Shown piece by piece: positions 47,656 to 57,318 of a stretch of 64,000 nt of DNA. The first letter of the stretch is position 1; each line of letters begins with the position of its first letter. Both the position numbers and the translations under genes were made by a program. The notes under the pieces were generated by a model. That model made no database searches and was not told where the DNA came from. It worked only from the letters and a program-made list of their open reading frames with translations. The stretch is from Candidatus Enterousia sp. (GTDB taxonomy: Bacteria; Pseudomonadota; Alphaproteobacteria; Rs-D84), in contig JAZROY010000001.1 of assembly GCA_045648925.1 (NCBI GenBank), positions 88,618 to 152,617 of the forward strand. Reading direction: 5' to 3'.

Positions 47656-48915
47656 TTAATTAATATAAAATTTATGCCATGCACTAACAATATCAAAATC
47701 ATACATTGGCCCCTGCGTAACAATAGAAACGGGGGCATTTAATAAACTTTGTCCGATTTTTATGATATCGTTCAATTTCAAATTATCCAATATTTGTTTT
47801 TCTGTATCAACATCATACAATTTACCATAATACATCATATGCTGTGCATAAATTTCACAACAGGTGTCAACAGAATCCATTTCACGCAAAATCGAATATT
47901 TGAAAGTGTTTTTAGCAGACTGTAATTCTTCTGCTGTTATTAAGTTTTGTTCCAAAATATTTTTACAAACTGTGGCAATATTTTCAATGATATTTTCTGT
48001 ATTTTCTGGCAGGCTTTCCGTTTCTATGGTGTACAACCTTGTATCAATATTACCCATTGTTGCACATTGTATTGTATAAACCAAACCTTTTTCATAACGC
48101 AAAACCTTTCTTAATCTATCTTGTAATATTTTTTTGAATACCCCAATAGCAATTTGGTCTTTGCGTTCATCTGGTATTTTTGCAGCAAACGCCAATACCA
48201 ACTTAATATTTTTTTCTTCTGGTTTCAAATTGTGTTCACACGTTTGTTGAACAGATTGAATATAATGCTCATAATGAATATACGGAATATTACCAAATAA
48301 ATTTTCTAATTCAGATAATAAATTTTGTTTGTCTTTTACCTGTCCAACAACAACTATATTGCATTTATCATTGGACAAATGTGAAAAATAGTAATCAGAC
48401 ACCATTGTTTTGTTAAAAGATTTTATGATTTCGGGGGTTCCCAATATATAGTGTCCAAAACCAGTGTTTTTAAACAGGTTTATTTGTTTAAACAAAAGCC
48501 ATGATTTATTACCCAGAGAACGCCTGTATTCATCTAATATTATGTTTTTTTCTTTTTCTATATTTTGTTCATTGAAAAGTGGTGTAACTATTTGTGGCGC
48601 AATAATTTTTACTACATCAGGCAAATATTCTGGCAACACATTAACAAATAAATTTATTTTGCTGTAAGTAGTGTATAAATTTATATTTCCACCAAAAACT
48701 TCTATTTTTTTCTTTAATTGATCAAAACTTGGTTCACCGACTACACTTTGCCCTATTAAATGTTCAACAAAGTGGGTTATACCATATTCTTGTGCTTTTT
48801 CATCACGTGCACCAAAACCCAAGTTAACAGATATTTTACACGTTTGGAATGCTACATCACAAAAAATGACCGGGATACCGTTTGATAAAAAATGAACATT
48901 AACTTTATGTTTCAC
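47656..48915 (-). CDS. M16 family (pitrilysin-like) zinc peptidase
   Basis: GITHFVEH inverted zinc motif, EKNIILDE, LRYEKGLVY. Confidence 0.88.
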   Translation of the reverse strand: MKHKVNVHFLSNGIPVIFCDVAFQTCKISVNLGFGARDEKAQEYGITHFVEHLIGQSVVGEPSFDQLKKKIEVFGGNINLYTTYSKINLFVNVLPEYLPDVVKIIAPQIVTPLFNEQNIEKEKNIILDEYRRSLGNKSWLLFKQINLFKNTGFGHYILGTPEIIKSFNKTMVSDYYFSHLSNDKCNIVVVGQVKDKQNLLSELENLFGNIPYIHYEHYIQSVQQTCEHNLKPEEKNIKLVLAFAAKIPDERKDQIAIGVFKKILQDRLRKVLRYEKGLVYTIQCATMGNIDTRLYTIETESLPENTENIIENIATVCKNILEQNLITAEELQSAKNTFKYSILREMDSVDTCCEIYAQHMMYYGKLYDVDTEKQILDNLKLNDIIKIGQSLLNAPVSIVTQGPMYDFDIVSAWHKFYIN

Positions 48916-49002
48916 AACAAAATACCTTCATTGAATACGAATATACACTAAAAAATATAGGTTGCCAATAAAATTATCAACAACCTATCATGTTGTTATT
49001 CA

Positions 49003-49242
49003 TTAACGAGTATACTTTTTACTTACCCTATTAAATGCTAAAATATTTTTGTATATTGAATTTCTTTGTTTCACTTCAATCCATTCGCCATCTGTGTCCA
49101 TTATAGCTATACCACAACTAGGTTCATCCGTATCTGTTCCTGCACACGGTTCAACATCGCCAGGTTGAGAATCTGGATGATCGCAAAAATACCTGATTTT
49201 TTGTACATTTGGTAACGTGATATTTGTTGTATATATTGTCAT
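49003..49242 (-). CDS. Small hypothetical protein (ends KKYTR)
   Basis: Strong SD AAGGAG; 3 Cys. Confidence 0.65.
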   Translation of the reverse strand: MTIYTTNITLPNVQKIRYFCDHPDSQPGDVEPCAGTDTDEPSCGIAIMDTDGEWIEVKQRNSIYKNILAFNRVSKKYTR

Positions 49243-49394
49243 TGTTTTGCTCCTTTGGTTATGAAACACATACATGTTCCACAAACATTATCAAAACAAC
49301 TAAAATATTTGTCACCTTAAATATTTTAAAATTCACAACATAAACATGTTGCTATTTTTTATTTTTGTGCAAAAATGGATGTTGTCCCGCCCTT

Positions 49395-50504
49395 TTATAC
49401 TGAATATTTTTCAAATACCTTGTTCAATTGGTTATGAACCTGGATAATTGTTGCGCATTTTGACATATGCTTTATCGATGTAGCACCAATATAAGTGCAA
49501 CAAGATGCGATTCCGCCGTTAATATCTTGCAAAATCTTATCTATGGAACCGGTATATGGTATCAACAATTCACGCCCTTCGGATGTTTTATAATTGCACA
49601 TACCGCCGGCAAATTTATTATTTGCATATTCCGAAGACATACCATAATATTGCTTGAAATATTTTGTTTGAATAACATGTTTTCCATCAATAATTTCATT
49701 TGTTTCAAAATGCTTTTCTATTGTTTCGCCTTCGGCTTCATCTGTTCCAGCAAACATACCACCAGCCATAACAAAATCAGAATTCAAACAAAATGCTTTG
49801 CATATATCGCCAATATCAACAATTCCACCATCTGCGCAAATGTGTCCACCGACAGAATGTGCGATATCGGCACATTCTAAAATCAACGATACCATCGGTG
49901 TTCCGCAACCCGTCTGTTTGCGCGTTAAACAGGCAGAACCACTGCCGATACCGCATTTAATAATGTCTGCATAATCCAGTAATTTAAGACATATATCACC
50001 ACTGGCGATATTTCCCGCCATGATCACAGCATCTGGAAATTCATTGCGCACACGCGCCAAAACATCCAATGCCTTTTGAATATAAAAATTAGGTGCATCA
50101 ATACAAATATTACGCGGCGATTTCCAATCGTATTTAGATTCTAATTCTTTTAATTTTTTTATTTCATCATCAATATTTTTTAACCCGATTGTTATAAATA
50201 AATTATCAAGCGGAATATTTTCGCGCCGTGCGTTTGAAACAAACCGCCCTATTTCATCCACAGAATAATGTTTATGTAATGTTGCAAACATCCCACGCGC
50301 CAACAGTTTTTTCGCCACAGAAAAATTTCCCACAGTCGCCATATTCGCATTAAAAACACCCAAGCCAGTCCGTATTTGACCATGTTTGAATTTGAAGGTC
50401 CGCTGTAAATTAACATCTTTTCTGGAATTAAGGTTTATACCCATTTTCGGTCTTATTAAAATATCAGAATAATCAAGATTGATTTCATGTAATATCTGTG
50501 TCAT
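49395..50504 (-). CDS. guaC: GMP reductase (type 1)
   Basis: LDYSDILIRPK, ANMATVG, LHKHY, GIGSGSACLTR, ADGG, YGMSS, TSEG; no CBS domain. Confidence 0.9.
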   Translation of the reverse strand: MTQILHEINLDYSDILIRPKMGINLNSRKDVNLQRTFKFKHGQIRTGLGVFNANMATVGNFSVAKKLLARGMFATLHKHYSVDEIGRFVSNARRENIPLDNLFITIGLKNIDDEIKKLKELESKYDWKSPRNICIDAPNFYIQKALDVLARVRNEFPDAVIMAGNIASGDICLKLLDYADIIKCGIGSGSACLTRKQTGCGTPMVSLILECADIAHSVGGHICADGGIVDIGDICKAFCLNSDFVMAGGMFAGTDEAEGETIEKHFETNEIIDGKHVIQTKYFKQYYGMSSEYANNKFAGGMCNYKTSEGRELLIPYTGSIDKILQDINGGIASCCTYIGATSIKHMSKCATIIQVHNQLNKVFEKYSV

Positions 50505-50619
50505 AAAAACTCCTTTGCGTATGTGATTATAGCCCAAACCAAAGCAGTATTTCAATAAATTAAATAACAATAAAAAACACTTGCATTATAAAAAAAAGTA
50601 TGCCAGAATAACCCCACAT

Positions 50620-50696
50620 GCGGGCGTAGCTCAGTTGGCTAGAGCGCAACCTTGCCAAGGTTGAGGTCGTGGGTTCGAGCCCCATTGCCCGCACCA
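50620..50696 (+). tRNA. tRNA-Gly(GCC)
   Basis: GCGGGCG acceptor, CAACC-TTGCCAA-GGTTG, GGTTCGAGCCC, CCA; promoter TTGCAT-17-CAGAAT upstream. Confidence 0.95.
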
Positions 50697-50935
50697 AAAT
50701 TTTAAAAACCATCCGTTAGGGTGGTTTTTTGATTTTGTCGGCAATGGGGCGAGTTGCGAGGCGAGACAACCAACAAGGTTGTCGAAGTACATTGCCCGCA
50801 CCAAAATTTTAAAAACCATCCGTTAGGGTGGTTTTTTTATTTTGTTGGCAATGGGGCGAGTTGCGAGGCGAGACAACCAACAAGGTTGTCGAAGTACATT
50901 GCCCGTTAGGGTGGTTTTTTGATTTTGTCGGCAAT
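50683..50935 (+). repeat. Tandem 107-bp repeat (about 2.3 copies) beginning with the tRNA-Gly 3' end
   Basis: Units start with CATTGCCCG at 50683, 50790 and 50897; the third copy is internally deleted. Confidence 0.9.
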
Positions 50936-50947
50936 TTTATTCAAAAA

Positions 50948-50976
50948 AACACCGCCCAATTCAACGGGCGGTGTTT
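50948..50976 (-). terminator. Intrinsic terminator
   Basis: AAACACCGCCC...GGGCGGTGTTT. Confidence 0.65.
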
Positions 50977-50997
50977 ACATGGTCATTTATGTTTCAA

Positions 50998-51981
50998 TTA
51001 AAACCATTTCCACGGCTGGAAAGCACTTAAAAGTCCCATAGCAGTGCGTTTATCTGCAATTGTGTGACCACAACGCGGGCATACCAAGAATGGTTTCAAG
51101 AATGCATTAACCTTGCTGAACGCGAACATCCAGATAATAAACCCAGCAACCCATGCCGCGATTACCAATCCCCACGCGACATAGCCGAAATATTTATTGA
51201 CTGTGTTGGTTAAAATCTGGACCACACCCAAATTAGATTTTTCCAAATCATTATAGATTTTTACCGCCACAGGCCAACTGGATGGGCGCCATGGATACAC
51301 ATGTTTAATGCCATAATTGGTTAACAAAGTTGTCCCAAGACCGCCGGAATTTTTATCCAGTTGTTTTTTGATGGCTTCATCAATCATTTTATCAACTTCG
51401 ATTTGAGAAACCTTTACCAATTCTGTTTTAACAGAATCAAGTTTTTTATTAACCTGGGCCGCGACATCATCAACCTTTGCGATACCTTTATCAGCTGTTG
51501 CAACTGCTTTATTCGCTTGATCAACTGCTTTATCAACACCACCTGTCTTAATACCCAATTTATTTGCAAACCCAGCCAAAGCAGAAACTTTTTCTGTTTC
51601 TTGTTTAACCTTGTTTGTTTGTTCTTTGGCCTTGGCAGTGGTATCTGTCACCTTGCCAACCTGATTTTCAACAATCTTGACTTTTTCAATTGCAACACCA
51701 ATTGGTTTTTCAAGGTTGATAGAATCTTTGATTCCAGCCAATAATCTTTCGTATTGTTCCACAATATTTCTTTGCAAATCAAAGAACATTGATACAACCA
51801 TTGACTTTTTAATTGGACCCGCATAAGTGTTCTTTACATGCAACGGGAACCAAGCAACAAATATCAACCATATAACCGATATAATCGCAAATGTGCGCTT
51901 AGTCACCTTAATCACAGATGTTTTTTTGGCGACTGTCTTGGCGCCGCCTCTATCAATAACTTCTACTTCTTTTCTTGCCAT
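50998..51981 (-). CDS. Hypothetical membrane protein (two TM, coiled coil, CPRC)
   Basis: TM at both ends of a Lys/Ala/Val heptad region; C-terminal CPRCG. Confidence 0.75.
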   Translation of the reverse strand: MARKEVEVIDRGGAKTVAKKTSVIKVTKRTFAIISVIWLIFVAWFPLHVKNTYAGPIKKSMVVSMFFDLQRNIVEQYERLLAGIKDSINLEKPIGVAIEKVKIVENQVGKVTDTTAKAKEQTNKVKQETEKVSALAGFANKLGIKTGGVDKAVDQANKAVATADKGIAKVDDVAAQVNKKLDSVKTELVKVSQIEVDKMIDEAIKKQLDKNSGGLGTTLLTNYGIKHVYPWRPSSWPVAVKIYNDLEKSNLGVVQILTNTVNKYFGYVAWGLVIAAWVAGFIIWMFAFSKVNAFLKPFLVCPRCGHTIADKRTAMGLLSAFQPWKWF

Positions 51982-52008
51982 AATTTTTCCCTTTTTAATC
52001 AATGTTTA

Positions 52009-52329
52009 TTAAAAACAAGATGGCCAATTCAAAGCGACATAACAAATGTAAACACCAAGTGTTATGAAAAATACAGACCATGAAATTTTTGTATATTTGC
52101 TTTCTTTTGGTAAAAGAATCGCGAAAACAAACATAGCGATTATCAAGGCAAGCCATATTTCAAAAGAAAACCAAGGTGTTCTTAGCGGTAAAAAAGCCCG
52201 CATAGACATACTGCCCAAGGCGGCACATTTTACAGGGACTGTTCCTTTGAATCCCGCCCAAACAATACCAAAATAAGACGCAACAAATGCGACAATTGAC
52301 CATAACAATGTTTTAAAATATTTGTTCAT
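52009..52329 (-). CDS. Small integral membrane protein
   Basis: Three hydrophobic segments; SD AAGGAG. Confidence 0.7.
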   Translation of the reverse strand: MNKYFKTLLWSIVAFVASYFGIVWAGFKGTVPVKCAALGSMSMRAFLPLRTPWFSFEIWLALIIAMFVFAILLPKESKYTKISWSVFFITLGVYICYVALNWPSCF

Positions 52330-52465
52330 TATGTTTCTCCTTTTGTTTTACACACATGATGATACAAAAATTATCAAACAGATTTCAATAGTTTTTTATC
52401 TTTGGTTGTCGTTTATAAAAGCATCAATAATTTTTTCATCCATACTTAATGTTAAATCTGGTTTA

Positions 52466-53593
52466 TTATTGTTGTTCATCTTTATTTTCCTTTGTGTATT
52501 TTTTTATAAATTCATCTTTGAATTCTTTGAATTGACCCTGCTCTATGGAATCGCGAATATCGCGCATTAAATCTTGATAAAACCACAAATTATGCTGGGT
52601 CAATAATGTTGCGCCCAATATTTCATTACACTTAATCAAATGATGAATATAAGCACGTGATAATTTACAAGCCGGGCAACCACATTTATCATCAATTGGA
52701 TTTTTATCATCTGTAAACCTGGCATTTCGCATATTCAATGTTCCATGTCTTGTAAATGCCTGGGCTGTGCGTCCTGCGCGCGTAGGCATAACACAATCAA
52801 ACATATCAATACCGCGTTCAACCGCCCCCAATATATCAAGCGGTGTTCCAACACCCATCAAATATCTTGGTTTATCGTCTGGCAAATGCGGTGTGGTTGT
52901 TGCAATCATATCAAACATAACAGATTGAGGTTCCCCGACGGCCAGTCCACCGATTGCATAACCATCAAAACCAATTTCTGTTAAAGCTTTTGCAGATTTT
53001 TCCCGCAAATCTTTGAAATCAGCACCCTGAACAATACCAAAAATTCCGTAACCATCACGGTCAACAAACGCGTCCTTGCTACGTTTTGCCCAACGCGTCA
53101 CCATATCTACATTTTTTTCAGCCCTTTCACGCGTGGTTGGTAAATGCAAACACTCGTCCAGAACCATTGTTATATTGGAATCAAGCTGATGTTGAATATG
53201 AACACTATCTTCGGGGCGCATAAAATGTTTTATTCCACCATCAATATGCGAAGTAAATTCTACACCTTCTTCCTTCATCTTTACAAGGTTAGAAAGCGAC
53301 ATAACCTGGAATCCACCACTGTCTGTTAAAATCGGTCCGTGCCAACCACTGAATTTATGCAGACCGCCCATTTTTTCAACCAAATCACCGCCGGGACGCA
53401 TCATTAAATGATAAGTATTCCCAAGTATCACTTGGGTGCCAGTTGCGGCAACCTGTTCCATGGTAAGCGCTTTGACCGTGGCTGCTGTCCCCACAGCCAT
53501 GAATGCGGGTGTTTCAAAATCGCCATGTGCAGTATGAACACGACCACGCCGCGCATTTCCATCAGTTTTAATTAAATCAAATTTTAACGACAT
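52466..53593 (-). CDS. tgt: Queuine tRNA-ribosyltransferase
   Basis: LGNTYHL, LTDSGGFQV, AIGGLAVGE, PRYLMGVG, DMFDCVMPTR, CGCPAC. Confidence 0.97.
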   Translation of the reverse strand: MSLKFDLIKTDGNARRGRVHTAHGDFETPAFMAVGTAATVKALTMEQVAATGTQVILGNTYHLMMRPGGDLVEKMGGLHKFSGWHGPILTDSGGFQVMSLSNLVKMKEEGVEFTSHIDGGIKHFMRPEDSVHIQHQLDSNITMVLDECLHLPTTRERAEKNVDMVTRWAKRSKDAFVDRDGYGIFGIVQGADFKDLREKSAKALTEIGFDGYAIGGLAVGEPQSVMFDMIATTTPHLPDDKPRYLMGVGTPLDILGAVERGIDMFDCVMPTRAGRTAQAFTRHGTLNMRNARFTDDKNPIDDKCGCPACKLSRAYIHHLIKCNEILGATLLTQHNLWFYQDLMRDIRDSIEQGQFKEFKDEFIKKYTKENKDEQQ

Positions 53594-54604
53594 TTACACA
53601 TCCTTTTTAAATAACAAACAGCAATCACCATAACTGAAAAATCTGTATTTTTCTTCAACCGCGTGTTTATATGCTGCTTTCATTTCATCAAGCCCCGCAA
53701 ATGCAGACACCAACATAAATAATGTTGATTTTGGTAAATGAAAATTGGTTAACAATACATCAACCGCACCAAATTTATATCCCGGTGTAATAAATATATC
53801 AGTCGTTTGGCAAATTGGCGCAACACGATGATTACCATCCGTCAATCTATGTGCGCTTTCGAGGGTACGCAAAGATGTTGTTCCAACTGCGATTACACGC
53901 TTTGCATTGTTTATAATTTCCGCTTGTTCTGGTGTAATACAGCACCATTCAGAATGCATTTTATGTTCGTCCAGGTTTTCTGTTTTAACAGGCATCCAAG
54001 TCCCCGCCCCAACATGCAATGTTATTTTGACTATTTTTGCGCCGGCCTTTTCAATTTCGTGCATTAAATCTTCTGTGAAATGAAGACCCGCAGTTGGCGC
54101 AGCCATTGACCCCAAAGGTTCTGCATACACCGTTTGATATCTGTCCCTGTCCGCTGATTCTTCTTCGCGTTTCATATACGGTGGCAACGGCATTTTGCCA
54201 ACCCTGTCCAATACTTCAAAAACATTATCACAATTAAAACGCAACAGCAATCCGCTTTCATCGTCTTTATCAATAACCGTGATTCCTGTGCCGTCCGCCA
54301 TAACTAAAACATCGCCGACCTTGATTTTGTTGAACTTTTTACAAAGCCCCCACCAATCTTTATCTGTCTTGGCAGTATGCAAAGTTATCTCGTGTCCAGA
54401 TGCGTCAAATCGTGCCGGTATTACACGGGAATTATTGAATACCACCACATCACCCGGTTGCAAATAAGATATAAAATCACGGATGTGTCGGTCTTCTATG
54501 CATGGACCAACAACCAGCATACGCGAAGAATCGCGTCTTTCCAAAGGATGTGACGCGATTAATTCGTTTGGTAATTCAAAATCAAAATCAGATGTGTGAT
54601 ACAT
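53594..54604 (-). CDS. queA: S-adenosylmethionine:tRNA ribosyltransferase-isomerase
   Basis: PLPPYM, YQTVYA, AAPTAGLHF, TNFHLPKSTL, YRFFSYGD. Confidence 0.97.
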   Translation of the reverse strand: MYHTSDFDFELPNELIASHPLERRDSSRMLVVGPCIEDRHIRDFISYLQPGDVVVFNNSRVIPARFDASGHEITLHTAKTDKDWWGLCKKFNKIKVGDVLVMADGTGITVIDKDDESGLLLRFNCDNVFEVLDRVGKMPLPPYMKREEESADRDRYQTVYAEPLGSMAAPTAGLHFTEDLMHEIEKAGAKIVKITLHVGAGTWMPVKTENLDEHKMHSEWCCITPEQAEIINNAKRVIAVGTTSLRTLESAHRLTDGNHRVAPICQTTDIFITPGYKFGAVDVLLTNFHLPKSTLFMLVSAFAGLDEMKAAYKHAVEEKYRFFSYGDCCLLFKKDV

Positions 54605-54979
54605 TTATCTTACATGTGTTGCTTTTTCTTTTGCGATTATTTCTTGATCTTTTCTGATTTGGATAGTATCCAATGGATATATAACTTTGTAATCTTCGGT
54701 TGTAAAGACACGGCGACCATCATAATTATTGCCAAACACTTTTGTTTGCTTTAATTTGATTTGATCGCCTTTTCTGAAATAAGGAATATCTTTTAATAAT
54801 TGGTCTGTTTGTGCTGTTTTTTTGGAACAATCAATCATGCGTTCTTCGCCTTCGGCATTTTCCATCAATATCTTTTTACCATCAAAAACATTTGTGACAG
54901 TATTCAAATAAGTTTTACAAGCACCCATTGTCAAAGCCATTGCAGGTACAATAAAAATCAATTTATATTTTACTTTCAT
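54605..54979 (-). CDS. Hypothetical lipoprotein between era and queA (ends THVR)
   Basis: Lipobox MGAC; SD AAGGA; stop directly adjacent to the queA ATG. Confidence 0.75.
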   Translation of the reverse strand: MKVKYKLIFIVPAMALTMGACKTYLNTVTNVFDGKKILMENAEGEERMIDCSKKTAQTDQLLKDIPYFRKGDQIKLKQTKVFGNNYDGRRVFTTEDYKVIYPLDTIQIRKDQEIIAKEKATHVR

Positions 54980-54996
54980 TTTGTTTTCCTTTTGTT

Positions 54997-55887
54997 TTAT
55001 TTAAATTCTAATCCTTGGTCGGTATAGTTTTCTGCCACATCTTCCCAATTTGGTTCAACACGAACAAACAGGTGCAGGCGCGCATTTACACCCCATTGAT
55101 CTTGGATATCATGACGCGCCGCGGTTCCAATCTTTTTTAACTGGGTGCCACCACGACCAACAACGATTTTTTTGTGTCCTTCGTTTTGAACAACAATTTT
55201 TTGATATATTTCCAGAACACCTTCGGCGTCTGTTTCAACTTTTTCCGTCACAACATTGATATGATAAGGCAATTCTTGGTGAATATATTTGTATACCTTC
55301 TCACGCGTCAATTCTGCCAGATACAACATATCTGGGACATCAACTGAATCTTTGGTTTCAAACAAATATGGAGATTCTGGCATAACATCGGCCAGTGATT
55401 GTAGCATTTGTTTTACACCATCATTTTTAAGCGCAGAAATCATAAATATTCCTTTGAATTCTGCCATATTCGACAATTCTGCCACCATTGGCAAAAGTGT
55501 TTCTTTGGAAATCACATCAACCTTGTTCAATGCGACAAATAAATTCTTGTGATTTTTGATTTTTTCAATTAAATCGCGCACAGTTTGGGTTATGCCTTTT
55601 TGTGCATCTATCAATAATAATACTGCATCAGCATCATCAATCGCAGACATAGCCGCACCCACCATCGCCCTATCAAGGCGGCGCGATGGCTTAAAAACAC
55701 CCGGGGTATCAACAAAAATCAACTGTTTATCGCCAACCATTTTTATTGCGCGAAGGCGGGTTCGTGTGGTTTGCACCTTGTGCGAAACAATCGACACCTT
55801 GCGTTTCATAATTTGATTAAGCAAGGTTGACTTACCGGCATTTGTCGGTCCAATAATCGCTATAAATCCAGAATATGTTTTCGTCAT
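54997..55887 (-). CDS. era: GTPase Era
   Basis: GPTNAGKSTL, QTTR, DTPG, NKVD, ISAL, KH domain. Confidence 0.96.
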   Translation of the reverse strand: MTKTYSGFIAIIGPTNAGKSTLLNQIMKRKVSIVSHKVQTTRTRLRAIKMVGDKQLIFVDTPGVFKPSRRLDRAMVGAAMSAIDDADAVLLLIDAQKGITQTVRDLIEKIKNHKNLFVALNKVDVISKETLLPMVAELSNMAEFKGIFMISALKNDGVKQMLQSLADVMPESPYLFETKDSVDVPDMLYLAELTREKVYKYIHQELPYHINVVTEKVETDAEGVLEIYQKIVVQNEGHKKIVVGRGGTQLKKIGTAARHDIQDQWGVNARLHLFVRVEPNWEDVAENYTDQGLEFK

Positions 55888-55988
55888 AATAAAAACCATA
55901 CCACACGATTTACGAAAAACAACAAAAACCTTGAAAAATCGAATAAATATTCTATGCTGGAACAGAAACAAGCAAAAAGGTGTGTATT

Positions 55989-56504
55989 ATGGATATTAAT
56001 TTTTCTGATAAATGGAATTATCGTTTTATGGAATTGGCGCTTCACATATCTACTTGGTCCAAGGACTCAAGTACCAAAGTTGGCTGTGTAATAGTCAGCC
56101 CTGAGAAAGCGATATTGTCTATGGGATACAACGGTTTTCCACGCGGTGTGAACGATGATATTTCTACCCGTCACGAAAGACCGACAAAATATGATTTTGT
56201 GGTTCATGCCGAAGAAAATGCTATTTTAAATGCTGGTCGACGCGGAACAAGATTAGATGGTGGCATTTTATATGTGACAATGCCTCCTTGCACAAGATGC
56301 GCCGGGTCTATTATTCAATCTGGAATAAAAGAGGTTGTATATTTGTCCCCAAACGAACAAAAAAGAATCCCTGGATGGAGAGATAATTTAAAATATTCAT
56401 TCGAAATGTTTAATGAATCAGGGGTCAAAGTTACAGAATTAAATCGGGATTTGGTAAATATCAATATGACAATAAAATTCCAAAATATTCAGAACCAAAA
56501 ATAA
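55989..56504 (+). CDS. dCMP deaminase family protein
   Basis: SKDSSTKVG, GYNGFP, HAEENAI, PCTRC. Confidence 0.92.
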   Translation: MDINFSDKWNYRFMELALHISTWSKDSSTKVGCVIVSPEKAILSMGYNGFPRGVNDDISTRHERPTKYDFVVHAEENAILNAGRRGTRLDGGILYVTMPPCTRCAGSIIQSGIKEVVYLSPNEQKRIPGWRDNLKYSFEMFNESGVKVTELNRDLVNINMTIKFQNIQNQK

Positions 56505-56528
56505 AAAATGCCCGTTTGGGCATTTTTT
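56503..56528. terminator. Bidirectional intrinsic terminator
   Basis: AAAAATGCCC-GTTT-GGGCATTTTT. Confidence 0.7.
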
Positions 56529-57246
56529 ATTTTAACTTTTTCGTCCATTCGTTGTCTGGGAAATTTTTACGCAACATTTCGGCATAGCCGTTTGCCTGCT
56601 CTGGCAAGCCAATCGCGGTGTAGCATTCGGTTAATCTAAACATTGCTTCTGGTGTCATGACGGTTTCTTGGGCAGTTGACACAATAGACTGTAATCTGGT
56701 TATCGCCGCAGTCCAATTTTCACGTTGCATATCTTCGTGTGCAGCATACATAACCTTGCCCGCAATATAGTTTTTCAAAATCAAAATTTTGTTTTCTGCG
56801 TTTTTGGCATATTCACTATGTGGGAATCTGTCCACCAACTGTTGAAACTGTTGCAAAGCATACGCAGACATTCCAGGATCACGACGAACATCACTGACCT
56901 GGCGATAATAGCACATTCCGCGCAAATACATCATATATGGAACGTCCCGATGCCCCGGATGAAAGCGCATATATCTGTCGATTGCTAATATAGAGCCCGC
57001 AAAATCTTTATCCATATATCGTGAATAAGCCATCATAACCAGCGCATCTGCCGCCCAAGGGGAAGCAGGATATTGTGATTCTGCCGTTTCAAATAATTCT
57101 GCGGCATCATCATAATCTTTGTCATTAAATTCTTTATACGCGTCCGCATAAATTTCTTCCAAAGGTCTGTCTGATTTGATTTCTTCGCCCCCGCTGCATG
57201 CGTATAGCAATGGGATACAACAAAATAATAAAATGATTTTTTTCAT
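56527..57246 (-). CDS. bamD: Outer membrane protein assembly factor BamD
   Basis: Lipobox LYAC; TPR pattern YPASPWA, RFHPGHRDVPY, VRRDP, RFPHSEYA. Confidence 0.92.
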   Translation of the reverse strand: MKKIILLFCCIPLLYACSGGEEIKSDRPLEEIYADAYKEFNDKDYDDAAELFETAESQYPASPWAADALVMMAYSRYMDKDFAGSILAIDRYMRFHPGHRDVPYMMYLRGMCYYRQVSDVRRDPGMSAYALQQFQQLVDRFPHSEYAKNAENKILILKNYIAGKVMYAAHEDMQRENWTAAITRLQSIVSTAQETVMTPEAMFRLTECYTAIGLPEQANGYAEMLRKNFPDNEWTKKLK

Positions 57247-57318
57247 ACTTGAAATTCCTTAAACAATCGCAGTATAATAAACCAGATAAAAAAATAAAAG
57301 CAAAAAATAGGTTTTATC

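Noticed and set aside
47656-49390. Low-GC genomic island around the M16 peptidase
   Set aside because: It looks AT-richer by eye, but there are no mobility genes or boundary repeats, and I cannot quantify the composition.
50683-50935. Possible CRISPR array
   Set aside because: The units are near-identical along their whole 107 bp, with no unique spacers and no cas genes; they derive from the tRNA end.
1378-54979. Integron cassettes explaining the orphan genes
   Set aside because: No attC-like RYYYAAC...GTTRRRY palindromes after the orphans and no IntI; the genes are dispersed on both strands.
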